The notes beneath the pieces are model-generated. The model worked only from the letters and a program-made list of their open reading frames with translations, did not search any database and had not been told where the DNA came from. Shown here in pieces: positions 1 through 8,565 of a DNA stretch of 62,254 nt. A program made the position numbers and the translations under genes. How positions within the stretch are numbered: position 1 is the first letter of the stretch; each line of letters starts with the position of its first letter. This stretch comes from an uncultured virus (IMG/VR IMGVR_UViG_2897118514_000003) (taxonomy: Duplodnaviria > Heunggongvirae > Uroviricota > Caudoviricetes), in IMG/VR virus record IMGVR_UViG_2897118514_000003, positions 62,001 to 124,254 of that record; one strand, written 5' to 3'.

Positions 1-24
1 TTAGTCATTTTATTTTTATTCTCC

Positions 25-231
25 TTATATGCATTTAATTGTATTATTTTGATCCTTAATAAGCATATGCTCTTTATGATTTCTTCTCATTGTAGTAACA
101 TTATTAGGTGTAAACACATCTGGATCTTCCATATGAAGATTAACACGAGTAAAGCTCTTAAGTTGTTTTATGTATTGATACTGTCTTAATGAAGTAACCT
201 TATACTCTTCGTTTTTATTTGATTCTTCCAT
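25..231 (-). CDS. Small protein at the first position of the repression (sro/yopM) operon downstream of aimX, 68 aa
   Basis: ATG at 231 with GGGAG upstream; the track start at 297 is the -35 box of its own promoter; assignment by position only. Confidence 0.55.
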   Translation of the reverse strand: MEESNKNEEYKVTSLRQYQYIKQLKSFTRVNLHMEDPDVFTPNNVTTMRRNHKEHMLIKDQNNTIKCI

Positions 232-268
232 AGTCCCATCTCCCAACAACGTTATCTTATGTATCTTC

Positions 269-297
269 ATTATATCCGTTGCCAACAGATTATGCAA
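269..297 (-). promoter_or_regulatory. SigA-type promoter of the sro-position operon
   Basis: TTGCAT-17bp-TATAAT on minus strand; AGAATAAAAATAAAAT box at 304-319 just upstream. Confidence 0.7.
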
Positions 298-381
298 TAA
301 TTAATTTTATTTTTATTCTAGACAAATAAACACATGTGCTCGATGTGTTTAAAATGTCCATTTTATTTAGTTTCATTCTGC

Positions 382-537
382 TTAGGAAGCCAAGGTTTTA
401 TGTCGTGATCTAGCCATTTCCGCTTCATTCTCAAGGTGATTATCCTCTTGTGCTATTGTTGAATTGATTGCAGCCATTTCTTCATAGCCTTTTGCCATTT
501 CTTCATAAGAAAATGTTTGTAATAATTGTTTTTTCAT
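382..537 (-). CDS. aimX: AimX, 51-aa MazE-mimic arbitrium effector (not in ORF track)
   Basis: MKKQLLQTFSYEEMAKGYEEMAAINSTIAQEDNHLENEAEMARSRHKTLAS; GGGGGA RBS; directly downstream of aimP; resembles phi3T AimX and the MazE C-terminal helix. Confidence 0.9.
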   Translation of the reverse strand: MKKQLLQTFSYEEMAKGYEEMAAINSTIAQEDNHLENEAEMARSRHKTLAS

Positions 538-549
538 TCTAATTCCCCC

Positions 550-586
550 ATGTTCTCATTTTTCAGTTTTAGAATTCCTGGAACTT
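550..586. promoter_or_regulatory. Candidate AimR operator
   Basis: ATGTTC-N25-GAACTT imperfect inverted repeat (5/6) between the aimP terminator and aimX; a 6-bp repeat with 25-bp spacer is the known SPbeta AimR operator geometry. Confidence 0.65.
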
Positions 587-599
587 TCCCTTAAAATTA

Positions 600-632
600 G
601 AAAAGACGCCTGATCCAATGGATCAAACGTCT
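600..632 (-). terminator. Intrinsic terminator after aimP
   Basis: AGACG..TGATCC-AAT-GGATCA..CGTCT stem with T-run on minus strand. Confidence 0.7.
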
Positions 633-661
633 AAGACAGTATTATGTATTATATTTGTTTT

Positions 662-787
662 TTACGCCCCACGACTAGCAGAGGCTACTGTAACATCTCC
701 ACTTGCAGTTTCAACAGATTGTTGACCACTTACGAAACCAACAGCTAATGCAAGTAAAATAACAAGACCGAAGTAAATTTTCTTCAT
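662..787 (-). CDS. aimP: Arbitrium pre-pro-peptide, mature hexapeptide SASRGA (not in ORF track)
   Basis: MKKIYFGLVILLALAVGFVSGQQSVETASGDVTVASASRGA; signal peptide, C-terminal xxxRGA; AGGAGGTG RBS at 793-800. Confidence 0.95.
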   Translation of the reverse strand: MKKIYFGLVILLALAVGFVSGQQSVETASGDVTVASASRGA

Positions 788-817
788 TTTCTCACCTCCT
801 TTCAAGGATGTCAACAT

Positions 818-1972
818 TTAGAGTGAAATTAAATTCAATATTTCATCTGTATATCCACGTTTTTTAAGTTCAATAAGAGGCAAATTTAAACAAAGTTTAT
901 CGCCGGATTTTTTGAACTTCTTTATGCTTTCATGAAAGAAGGAGACATCATCATACAGTAGACCTTTAACATGATTTAGAAATCCTAAGTCATCATCCAA
1001 AACATTCAATTTCTCGATTTTTTCTATAATTGATGCTGCTTTCTCTAGTTCCTTCATGTTGACTAAATAATAGGCAACCTCAATCATATCCGGTATCTCG
1101 TTTGACTGAAAATCAATCCATTTATTATCTTTTGCCCAAACATTATTAAGAAAGCAAAGAGCTAGCTCTAATTTGTAGACGTGATGAGGATTTTCTTTTG
1201 CGTATTCCATCCCCTTTTCATAACATAATTTAGCTTCTTCATAATCTTCAAATATAAATGTGTTTCCATATGTCAAATAACCAAATACAATTAATCTATT
1301 GTTATTTGTACTTTCAATAACTTTTTGGCAATGAATCCTGGTATCTTCTAATTCGTAGTCATTCAAGGATATATTGGCTTTTAAAAGTTCAATTCGGCCA
1401 TAATAACATTCTTTAATAAATCCATCAGGTAACTCTTCTATATCTAAAAATTGCGAAGTGCTTTTCATTAAACCGAATTCACCAATTTTCAGATATTCGT
1501 ACATAATTAATATGTTTGAAAATAAAAACATTTCAGGGGTTTTTATTCTGAATTTACCCGTTTCTCTTATAGCATCATTTAACGTAATTTCACTTTTATT
1601 TAATCTTCTATGTATAGAGTAAATCTGACCCCATTCACGGCTTATTGAATTAGTTGATTCACAAAGATTTTTAATTAACTGGTCAGTAAGCTCATCCCAC
1701 TGATTTAAATCGGAATATTCAACCGAGTGTCTTGCACATTTTTTGTTAGGGTCTAATTCTAAGAAGTATTCACTTAATAGCTGTTTTTCATTATCAGGAA
1801 ACAAGCTTTTTACGATGTTTATTAAACCTTCTATGTTTTCCATTTCTTTTTCTGGGGTGTTCACAAACTTATAAAAACCATTTACTTTTTCATAACCGGC
1901 CAATTTAGCAAGTCTAGCTGCAAGCTGATTATCTTTTTCGCATTCGTTCTTAATCAACTGTTTTAATTTCAA
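818..1972 (-). CDS. aimR: Arbitrium receptor AimR (RRNPP family), phi3T-like N-terminus
   Basis: 384 aa; IKNECEKDNQLAARLAKLAGYEKVNGFYKF start typical of phi3T AimR; TPR-like body; immediately upstream of aimP. Confidence 0.95.
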   Translation of the reverse strand: MKLKQLIKNECEKDNQLAARLAKLAGYEKVNGFYKFVNTPEKEMENIEGLINIVKSLFPDNEKQLLSEYFLELDPNKKCARHSVEYSDLNQWDELTDQLIKNLCESTNSISREWGQIYSIHRRLNKSEITLNDAIRETGKFRIKTPEMFLFSNILIMYEYLKIGEFGLMKSTSQFLDIEELPDGFIKECYYGRIELLKANISLNDYELEDTRIHCQKVIESTNNNRLIVFGYLTYGNTFIFEDYEEAKLCYEKGMEYAKENPHHVYKLELALCFLNNVWAKDNKWIDFQSNEIPDMIEVAYYLVNMKELEKAASIIEKIEKLNVLDDDLGFLNHVKGLLYDDVSFFHESIKKFKKSGDKLCLNLPLIELKKRGYTDEILNLISL

Positions 1973-2014
1973 CTTGTCTCCCCCCTTTATTCAGTTATCA
2001 CTTCCCTTGTTTAT

Positions 2015-2043
2015 AATATACCTCATAGTTGTCAGAATTTCAA
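2015..2043 (-). promoter_or_regulatory. SigA-type promoter of aimR
   Basis: TTGAAA-17bp-TATATT; AGAATAAAAATAAAAT box at 2050-2065. Confidence 0.65.
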
Positions 2044-2117
2044 GTATATATTTTATTTTTATTCTTTATTTGTTGTTAAATCAATGAATTTCTTATTTTA
2101 CCTAAACACAATGAGGG

Positions 2118-2456
2118 TTAATCCTCATTGTGCATAATTGGCCAAATGCAACTTTCTACTCTCTTTTTTAGTTCTATTTTTGTTTTATTGTCTAATTTAT
2201 TATATAGCTCCCTCATAAGCTGGCGTTGATTAATAACTATTTCAGCAAGCACTTCTCTATTTGTTTTCTTTAGTTTTGCTTTAGTTAACAACCACTCATC
2301 TTCATATCCGATAAACTCAAGAAGCAATGTTTCAAGCTCATTAACTTTACTCTCCAACCGATTTTTATACTCAGCTCCAGCTTTAAAACCTTTTTTGAAG
2401 TATTCACTTTCTTTAATTTGATTCCCAATGTTATTTATTATTTCATCTTCAGTCAT
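2118..2456 (-). CDS. Hypothetical protein, 112 aa
   Basis: ORF with GGAG RBS; helical, charged. Confidence 0.7.
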   Translation of the reverse strand: MTEDEIINNIGNQIKESEYFKKGFKAGAEYKNRLESKVNELETLLLEFIGYEDEWLLTKAKLKKTNREVLAEIVINQRQLMRELYNKLDNKTKIELKKRVESCIWPIMHNED

Positions 2457-2504
2457 ATTGGTTTCTCCACTTCTAAATTAATATCATTTGAAATAACAAC
2501 TTTT

Positions 2505-3227
2505 TCATTCAAAAAAGTCTTTAATTGAATCTAACAGACTACCATCAAGTACTTTTTTTGTTATAAACTCTCCTGCTGCTCTTAAAGCACCTTGAAAGAA
2601 AAACAGCGAATATTTACTGTTCTTTTTATCTGGTTCATCAAACGTACCTGTAGCTGCAAACTCAATTGTTCCGTTATTAAGTATTCTTGCTTCTCCTTTC
2701 TCAATTTTGCTGTTTAAAACTTGCAATGATTGATCCAAGGTCAAATTATTGTGGCCAATTCTCAAATGCAGATCTGCTGTAAAATTATTTATTTGGCTAT
2801 ACAATTTTTGACGATTCAATTTATTATAAATGTGTTCATTTGCAAAGTTTCTCCACGATTCGTTTTCTGTGGAAAGATCACTTATATTTAAATTCGTTAA
2901 AGAACCTAAAGATGCTCTGGTTATACAATAAGAAATTTCCTGAAGCTTTATTATTACAGCTGATATGTTTGAAAATTCCCTAAATATCCTTGCTGGTTCA
3001 CCAACCACAATTTTCAAAATTTTATCCCCGCTGTTAAAATAATTTTCAAAGTCTTCTTCTGTTATACTGGAGCATTTATTTATATCTTTGTAGTCACGAA
3101 AAGAAGAGAAGTATTCAATAAGTACTACATTGTCATTAACTTTTGAATTTTTAATAAACGTTGCACCGTTAATAATCTTTAAATACTCACTAATTAACAA
3201 TTGTTTGCCCTCTACTTTCCTTTTCAA
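2505..3227 (-). CDS. Hypothetical protein, up to 240 aa
   Basis: Long ORF overlapping the end of the upstream gene; start uncertain. Confidence 0.7.
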   Translation of the reverse strand: MKRKVEGKQLLISEYLKIINGATFIKNSKVNDNVVLIEYFSSFRDYKDINKCSSITEEDFENYFNSGDKILKIVVGEPARIFREFSNISAVIIKLQEISYCITRASLGSLTNLNISDLSTENESWRNFANEHIYNKLNRQKLYSQINNFTADLHLRIGHNNLTLDQSLQVLNSKIEKGEARILNNGTIEFAATGTFDEPDKKNSKYSLFFFQGALRAAGEFITKKVLDGSLLDSIKDFFE

Positions 3228-3903
3228 TTTTTTTAATTATGTAATCAAATAAAATAATGGCCTTTAATGAGTTTTCTTTTGTTCCATATTCAATATCCCC
3301 TCCGTGTAATATCGCATGACGACTAAAAACAGGAATGTTCTGATTATGTTCAAATCCATTTAGTACAGTCTCTATATAAAACTCTTCAATTTCTTTGTCA
3401 TAGTTAAAGAGCTTCTGGTTAACCAATATACTCTTTAGCTTATCCTTTACTAAAGAAAAATTCATTTTTCCAACATGCCCAGTTCCGTCAGCAATCGCCC
3501 CTTCAAGTTGACTTAGAAATATAGGTATGGAAAGAAAAAACAAATCGTTATTGTGTGCAAACACTGCTTCCTCTAACAAAGGAACCCTACGCTTTAGCCA
3601 ATCTATGTTACTCCAGCTTTTTAATAAGTATTTAACTCTAAAATGGTCATAATATTTAAATAGAAGATAATAAAATTCCTTCTCTTTGTCTCCTTCCGAA
3701 TAATCAAAAATCTTTGCTACATCAATTGTTAAACGAAGTGGAACGTTTCCATTTGGCGGAAACCCATGACTTATCATTACACTCTTATATTTAAAATCTA
3801 AAGGATCTAGCATTTTATTTATATTTTGTTCAAAATTCGTTAGAAATTTCTCGTTAAAACTTTTTATTTTATGAGAAAATTCATTTACTTCTGTTTTAAA
3901 CAC
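3190..3903 (-). CDS. Putative HEPN-domain protein
   Basis: GTG start with AGGGGAG RBS; LEG helix and RHAILH (Rx4H) near the C-terminus. Confidence 0.6.
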   Translation of the reverse strand: MFKTEVNEFSHKIKSFNEKFLTNFEQNINKMLDPLDFKYKSVMISHGFPPNGNVPLRLTIDVAKIFDYSEGDKEKEFYYLLFKYYDHFRVKYLLKSWSNIDWLKRRVPLLEEAVFAHNNDLFFLSIPIFLSQLEGAIADGTGHVGKMNFSLVKDKLKSILVNQKLFNYDKEIEEFYIETVLNGFEHNQNIPVFSRHAILHGGDIEYGTKENSLKAIILFDYIIKKIEKESRGQTIVN

Positions 3904-3961
3904 GAGTGCACTCTCCCCTGCCTGTTTTCTTTTACCTTTCTATTGTTGTTTACAACCCTTT

Positions 3962-4093
3962 TTAAAGCCGCTTCCATTCAACATACTCAAATCGTTTCTG
4001 ATACAAGTCTTCAAGTATAGCAGCCCATTCAATCCATCCTTCAGCAACAATGCTCTTCTTTTCCCCACCTTCAATCCACTCTATCCAATACAC
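3962..4093 (-). CDS. yopG: YopG-like 43-aa protein (not in ORF track)
   Basis: GTG start, MYWIEWIEGGEKKSIVAEGWIEWAAILEDLYQKRFEYVEWKRL; size and synteny with yopF/yopE. Confidence 0.7.
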   Translation of the reverse strand: MYWIEWIEGGEKKSIVAEGWIEWAAILEDLYQKRFEYVEWKRL

Positions 4094-4103
4094 CTGAGCA
4101 CCC

Positions 4104-4319
4104 CTAACGTTTTATGACTTGGATTTCCCTTACCTCACATTGGACATTACACTTTGTTTTGAGCTCGCTGGCAACCTCAATGACTTCATACATTGTTTGC
4201 AATTTAGAAGCGCCATGTAGGTCGCTAGATGTCAAATAACCGCCTTCATCTAACTTAAATGATTTGAAGTATTCCTTGTTTTCAAACTGCAGTACATAAA
4301 AATAATCAATCAAAGGCAT
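4104..4319 (-). CDS. yopF: YopF-like protein, 71 aa
   Basis: Size and synteny with SPbeta yopE-F-G. Confidence 0.7.
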   Translation of the reverse strand: MPLIDYFYVLQFENKEYFKSFKLDEGGYLTSSDLHGASKLQTMYEVIEVASELKTKCNVQCEVREIQVIKR

Positions 4320-4322
4320 AAA

Positions 4323-4574
4323 TCAACCTCTTTTAAATAATTTTGTAATCCTCATTGCTAATGGCAGTAAACCAATTAACATGAAAAAAGCAAGCACATT
4401 AAGCTTATTTTTGAAAAACAGGCTGGCCAAATTCCTTTCCATGCCCGCTGCTGTTTCTTTATCCATGAGTTCTTTAAACTCTTCATCATAGACCTGATCA
4501 ACAAAAATAAACTTAATGCCAGTCAATAATCCAACTCCAAGCCAAATAATTAAAAAATAAGCTAAACCAATCAT
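4323..4574 (-). CDS. yopE: YopE-like membrane protein, 83 aa
   Basis: Two hydrophobic segments, AGGGAGG RBS, synteny. Confidence 0.75.
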   Translation of the reverse strand: MIGLAYFLIIWLGVGLLTGIKFIFVDQVYDEEFKELMDKETAAGMERNLASLFFKNKLNVLAFFMLIGLLPLAMRITKLFKRG

Positions 4575-4632
4575 TTGTTCCCTCCCTATATCGAACGAAA
4601 TTTGCTATTCTTGAGTATATTGAATAAATTAT

Positions 4633-4824
4633 GTGGGTGATCTTGTGGAAGAGAAATACGAAACAAACGGATATGATACTTCGATTGTTTATGATTACAA
4701 GGAGTATCCTGATGTAAAATATGGACGCTGCGACAATTGTGATTACACTTTGTTCAAAAGCTCTGTGAAGAGTGGAATATTCTTGCGTGAATGCCGGCGT
4801 TGCGGTATGAAAAAGAGCATTTAG
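4633..4824 (+). CDS. Small Zn-ribbon protein
   Basis: CDNC...CRRC; followed by a terminator hairpin. Confidence 0.6.
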   Translation: MGDLVEEKYETNGYDTSIVYDYKEYPDVKYGRCDNCDYTLFKSSVKSGIFLRECRRCGMKKSI

Positions 4825-4840
4825 ATTAATGCTCTTTTTG
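4810..4840. terminator. Bidirectional terminator
   Basis: AAAAAGAGCATT-TAGATT-AATGCTCTTTTT. Confidence 0.75.
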
Positions 4841-4958
4841 CTTAAGCTCTTTCTATTCTTTCTGTAACCTGCATATGAGCCACCAAAAATAGCAATACAC
4901 ATTGCAATCAAAATATAAAATCATAAAATCCACCAATTTTAAATAAATACTTCTAATA

Positions 4959-5261
4959 TCAAATTTCTACGTCTCTAAACCCTCCCTGGATTCCAATTCT
5001 CCCTTTATTTCCTGGGTTTCCATAATTACCGATGTTTCCATGAGTTCCATAAATTCCAAAGTTCACAAGTTTATGAGGAGAATTATTGTTATACATTAAT
5101 CTATCATCGTATAAGATTTCACCTAAATAATGTCCTTTCATATCAATAAATATCTCTTCTCTTTCTCTATAATGCCCGATGTTTTTTCCTCGCGGATTAT
5201 AAAGTTGTTTATTAACAAAATTTGCGATATGTTTCCCTTTACTGTTATATAAACGTTGCAT
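4959..5261 (-). CDS. Small beta-repeat (beta-flower-like) protein
   Basis: Repeated LYNxxGKxIG/A units and Gly-rich tail; GGGAGGAG RBS. Confidence 0.6.
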   Translation of the reverse strand: MQRLYNSKGKHIANFVNKQLYNPRGKNIGHYREREEIFIDMKGHYLGEILYDDRLMYNNNSPHKLVNFGIYGTHGNIGNYGNPGNKGRIGIQGGFRDVEI

Positions 5262-5297
5262 TCAAACTCCTCCCAGCTCCATATGAAAATTTAATAA

Positions 5298-6050
5298 TCA
5301 TTTTTCCTTTTCTTTTATCTGCTTTTCAATTTTTTTGATTAATTTTTGATAAGTATGTTTGCCCTTTTGATTTAAAGAATATAACTCGTCTAAATCCTTC
5401 CGATGAATATCCTTTTGTTTCTTCAGAAACCATTCTTGGAATTCCTTAATTAGTTTTGTATATTCTATAATAAGTTGCTTTATATCTATATTGTTTTTGC
5501 ATTTTTTTAAATACTCTTTTGATTTTTTTGTCCATCCATCCCATTCCAATAAACTCTTCTTCTCTAAATATACTTCTTTTAAACCCTTATCATCACTTAG
5601 AACACTGTATGCTACCCCAGATATCGGGATTTCTCTATGCAGTGAATAATTTCTTAAATCTTGAATAAACCTTGCTAATGGTGACTCTGTGAATGCTTCA
5701 TTAATCTTCTTTTCATATTCTACTGCAAAGGTTAATTTTTTGTATTCATCTTGATAAAGCTTCCTTGTATGATCTATTAAAGTTTTTGCTGATGAAAGAT
5801 AGTTATGAAGCAATCGTCCAATTTCATATAAAAATGAATTAAAACCTTTCTCTCCTTTCTTTATATTAAGGGATTTTTTCACCATTTCATAATCAGTCAT
5901 AGCTAAATTTATAGCCCTGAATAGTTCATCATGATTTTTCTCAAAAACATATTTGCTAGCACGGAGAGCTTGCATTTTTTTGTATACTCGTAATCCCTCC
6001 GTGTCCTTCATTTTGTCCTTAATAGCCGCTAACTCCTTACTCAAACTCAT
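5298..6050 (-). CDS. Putative HEPN-like helical protein, 250 aa
   Basis: LRNYSLH (Rx4H) motif in an all-alpha protein; GGGGGT RBS. Confidence 0.55.
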   Translation of the reverse strand: MSLSKELAAIKDKMKDTEGLRVYKKMQALRASKYVFEKNHDELFRAINLAMTDYEMVKKSLNIKKGEKGFNSFLYEIGRLLHNYLSSAKTLIDHTRKLYQDEYKKLTFAVEYEKKINEAFTESPLARFIQDLRNYSLHREIPISGVAYSVLSDDKGLKEVYLEKKSLLEWDGWTKKSKEYLKKCKNNIDIKQLIIEYTKLIKEFQEWFLKKQKDIHRKDLDELYSLNQKGKHTYQKLIKKIEKQIKEKEK

Positions 6051-6144
6051 ATTAGTACCCCCAATACTGGTTAAAAGTACGATTTTATGTAGACCTAGAA
6101 AACTTGTAATTCCTTCCTATGTTTGTAACTTTAGTATACCATTT

Positions 6145-6365
6145 TCATCCTGAGTAATCGATATGGCTATTGTCTTTTTGGAATATCAACAATTCCTGCA
6201 GCTCGATCTTTAGATATGTACAGACGTTACTAACAGCTCGGATACCGATCCATTTCGTCATTGTAAAGCTTTCTGACGGTCGGATACTCATGATCAATAT
6301 CTCTTGGATAGCTTACGTATACTGATCTTTCTTTCATCTATTATGGGCTTTAAATTTTTAGTCAA
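6145..6365 (-). pseudogene. Frameshifted Xre-family HTH regulator (YopB-like)
   Basis: Pieces [17 protein letters not shown] / [22 protein letters not shown] / [26 protein letters not shown] lie in shifted frames. Confidence 0.75.
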
Positions 6366-6469
6366 TCAAAGCACCGCACTTTAATAATTGAATATCGACG
6401 ATTGGACTATGAAAAAAGCCAAGGTTTCCTTGACCTTTATCTACTATTTAACAGTAGTGAAACAGATTT

Positions 6470-6979
6470 CTAATTATCTCCATCCCATTGATAGGGTTCA
6501 CCTATGGGACTGTACAGAATATCAATATCTATAAACTTCTTATGGTTCCCTTTAGGGTATTTAACTAAAATTAAATCCCACTTTCTAGGTACAAAGTCAA
6601 CATCGTACCTCCAAAATTTTATTTCTTTGTTCTCTTCATTTACAATTCCATTAGCTTTTTTTCCATAGACCTCTAATTGTTCATTAGGAACATAGTATGC
6701 AGTATACTTATATTCTTGTTGTCCATTTCTATTCCCGACTTCTCGGTTGGATAGTCTATATGCGATAGAATCATATTCTTGATATTCCTCATTTTCTTCA
6801 CTTTGATTGTTGTGCTCATTTTTTTCTGAATTAACTTTGTTATTAGATTGACCTAAATCATCATTTACGACTTCTTCTTGTATGTAAGAGTTAGCTGTGT
6901 AGTCTTCATGATCCTTGCTAAAATATACAATTAATATAATTCCAATTACACCAAGCAAAAAAATCGATACCTTTTTCAT
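6470..6979 (-). CDS. Membrane-anchored or secreted protein, 169 aa
   Basis: MKK plus hydrophobic N-terminus and low-complexity N/E linker. Confidence 0.75.
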   Translation of the reverse strand: MKKVSIFLLGVIGIILIVYFSKDHEDYTANSYIQEEVVNDDLGQSNNKVNSEKNEHNNQSEENEEYQEYDSIAYRLSNREVGNRNGQQEYKYTAYYVPNEQLEVYGKKANGIVNEENKEIKFWRYDVDFVPRKWDLILVKYPKGNHKKFIDIDILYSPIGEPYQWDGDN

Positions 6980-7032
6980 AATCCCGCCTACCTAATCAAA
7001 ATATTTAATCTTTTCAGAACCTTAATCTGACT

Positions 7033-7257
7033 TTAATCAAGATCAAAAGAACAGTAGACTGAGTTATCTTCTTCATGTTTGATATATGTATTGCCTTTCA
7101 AGAAATAACGTAACCCTGTAGCAGCTTTTAGAATAGATATACTTAGCTCTCGCACATGTGATATTATGTCTCGATCATCTTGTTTAAATCCAGATGCAGA
7201 ATATCTAACATGAATTTCAAATGATGAATCTTCGAATTTGAAGCTTATTATTTCCAT
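7033..7257 (-). CDS. Hypothetical protein, 74 aa
   Basis: AGAGGAG RBS; TATAAT upstream. Confidence 0.65.
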   Translation of the reverse strand: MEIISFKFEDSSFEIHVRYSASGFKQDDRDIISHVRELSISILKAATGLRYFLKGNTYIKHEEDNSVYCSFDLD

Positions 7258-7318
7258 CGCATTGCTCCTCTCTTTTCCTTAATTATACAACCGTCAGAAT
7301 CTATTTAAAACTGCTGTT

Positions 7319-7690
7319 TTATTCAGAAATAATTTCATGCACCCTTCTTAATTGATCCAAAGTTAAATCAGCCGTTGACCACCTATCAAAGACCGATCGT
7401 ATATCAGACATTAACTTTTTCTTCTCTTCCTTATCAATAATCTCTTGTTTAGATAAATAAAGCTCCCAGTCAGGACTATATTCTGTCACTTCTCTCATAT
7501 CCTCCAAAGAAAATTTGAACATGCGTCTTGTTTCTGTTTCTCCCGTATAGAAATATTTCCTTCCTTTTTTTAACACAACTTTCTCTAGAATATCTTTTCT
7601 TCCATATCGTGCGGCATTATTGATTGGTTTAAGATATACTGTTGAGCCAACCTTTATTAATTGACTTTTATCCAAATTAATTCTCTCCAT
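7319..7690 (-). CDS. Hypothetical phage protein (SH3/beta-barrel-like N-terminus)
   Basis: KVGSTVYL...V.KKGRKYFY pattern; stop codon lies inside a palindromic site. Confidence 0.7.
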   Translation of the reverse strand: MERINLDKSQLIKVGSTVYLKPINNAARYGRKDILEKVVLKKGRKYFYTGETETRRMFKFSLEDMREVTEYSPDWELYLSKQEIIDKEEKKKLMSDIRSVFDRWSTADLTLDQLRRVHEIISE

Positions 7691-7707
7691 TCTGTTTAAG
7701 TATTGTT

Positions 7708-7911
7708 TTATGAACCTTTTCCCTCAGCGATTCTGTCTCTATGTTGTTGCAGGCAATCAAAGGCGATGCTTACATCTGATTCGTATTTAGTGCCTTCTGC
7801 AATTCTCCATAGCATTTCAAGCATGTAATCTTGACAGTCATCAATATTTTTAGCCGACTGAACCTTAGATAATGATTCGATTACACGTTCTTTCTTGTTT
7901 TTAGGGTTCAT
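7708..7911 (-). CDS. Hypothetical protein, 67 aa
   Basis: AAGGAGAGG RBS. Confidence 0.7.
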   Translation of the reverse strand: MNPKNKKERVIESLSKVQSAKNIDDCQDYMLEMLWRIAEGTKYESDVSIAFDCLQQHRDRIAEGKGS

Positions 7912-7936
7912 TTAACCTCTCCTTTCTGTTCGAAGA

Positions 7937-8211
7937 CTATAACTTGATCTCATGCCCTAACAATGAAGCAACAGTGACAAGTTGATTTTTAGTAAGTGGA
8001 TAATCTTCAATAATATTGTAATTTTCATCAATCAAATCAATAATTGAATCTGGCTTACCTTCATTCTTTTTAAATTCATTCTTTATCCGATCAAATACTT
8101 CTTTTGCTGTCTGCTCTGTACCTAAGTTCAATCCTAATAATTGATTAATTTCATTTTTTTCAAGATCAACCTTTACAAAAGCTAATCCCCAAGTGTTTTT
8201 TGTTCCGTCAT
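7937..8211 (-). pseudogene. Hypothetical ~91-aa gene with a 1-bp deletion near the start
   Basis: ATG at 8211 with GGAGAGG RBS stops after 9 codons; adding one base near 8191 opens MTEQKTLWGLAFVKVDLEKNEINQLLG into the 7937-8131 ORF. Confidence 0.65.
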
Positions 8212-8258
8212 TTCAACCTCTCCATTCTGTTTTGAATTGTTATTTTATTCATATTTCT

Positions 8259-8513
8259 TTAAGGTAATAAAGCTACACTTTCCCCTGTTTGAATAAAGTA
8301 TGCATGTTGTAAAAATGTTACAGTATAGTCATATTTACCTTCTATGTATTCTTTTGCTTCCTTCTTCCTCCATACGAAATAAGATTCACGATCATTCACA
8401 TAAACTTTTCCACTTTTAACTTCTTCGATACAAGCCATAGCATTATCAGCAAACCATTTTCTTGTTTTTTGAATTGATTCATCTGTTAGTTGTACCCCAT
8501 TAAATCTTGTCAT
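8259..8513 (-). CDS. Hypothetical phage protein, 84 aa
   Basis: ORF bracketed by palindromic sites at 8231-8248 and 8533-8550. Confidence 0.7.
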   Translation of the reverse strand: MTRFNGVQLTDESIQKTRKWFADNAMACIEEVKSGKVYVNDRESYFVWRKKEAKEYIEGKYDYTVTFLQHAYFIQTGESVALLP

Positions 8514-8565
8514 ACTACCATCACCATTCTGTTTAAAATATGCATTTTATTTGAATTCAGGAATG

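Noticed and set aside
2491..2508. Additional palindromic site at the end of the 2505-3227 gene (also 24174 and 38004)
   Set aside because: Too degenerate or wrong spacer length to distinguish from AT-rich background
4513..4911. 132-aa minus-strand ORF
   Set aside because: Runs through a terminator, is antisense to the Zn-ribbon gene and overlaps yopE; at most a remnant at its 5' end
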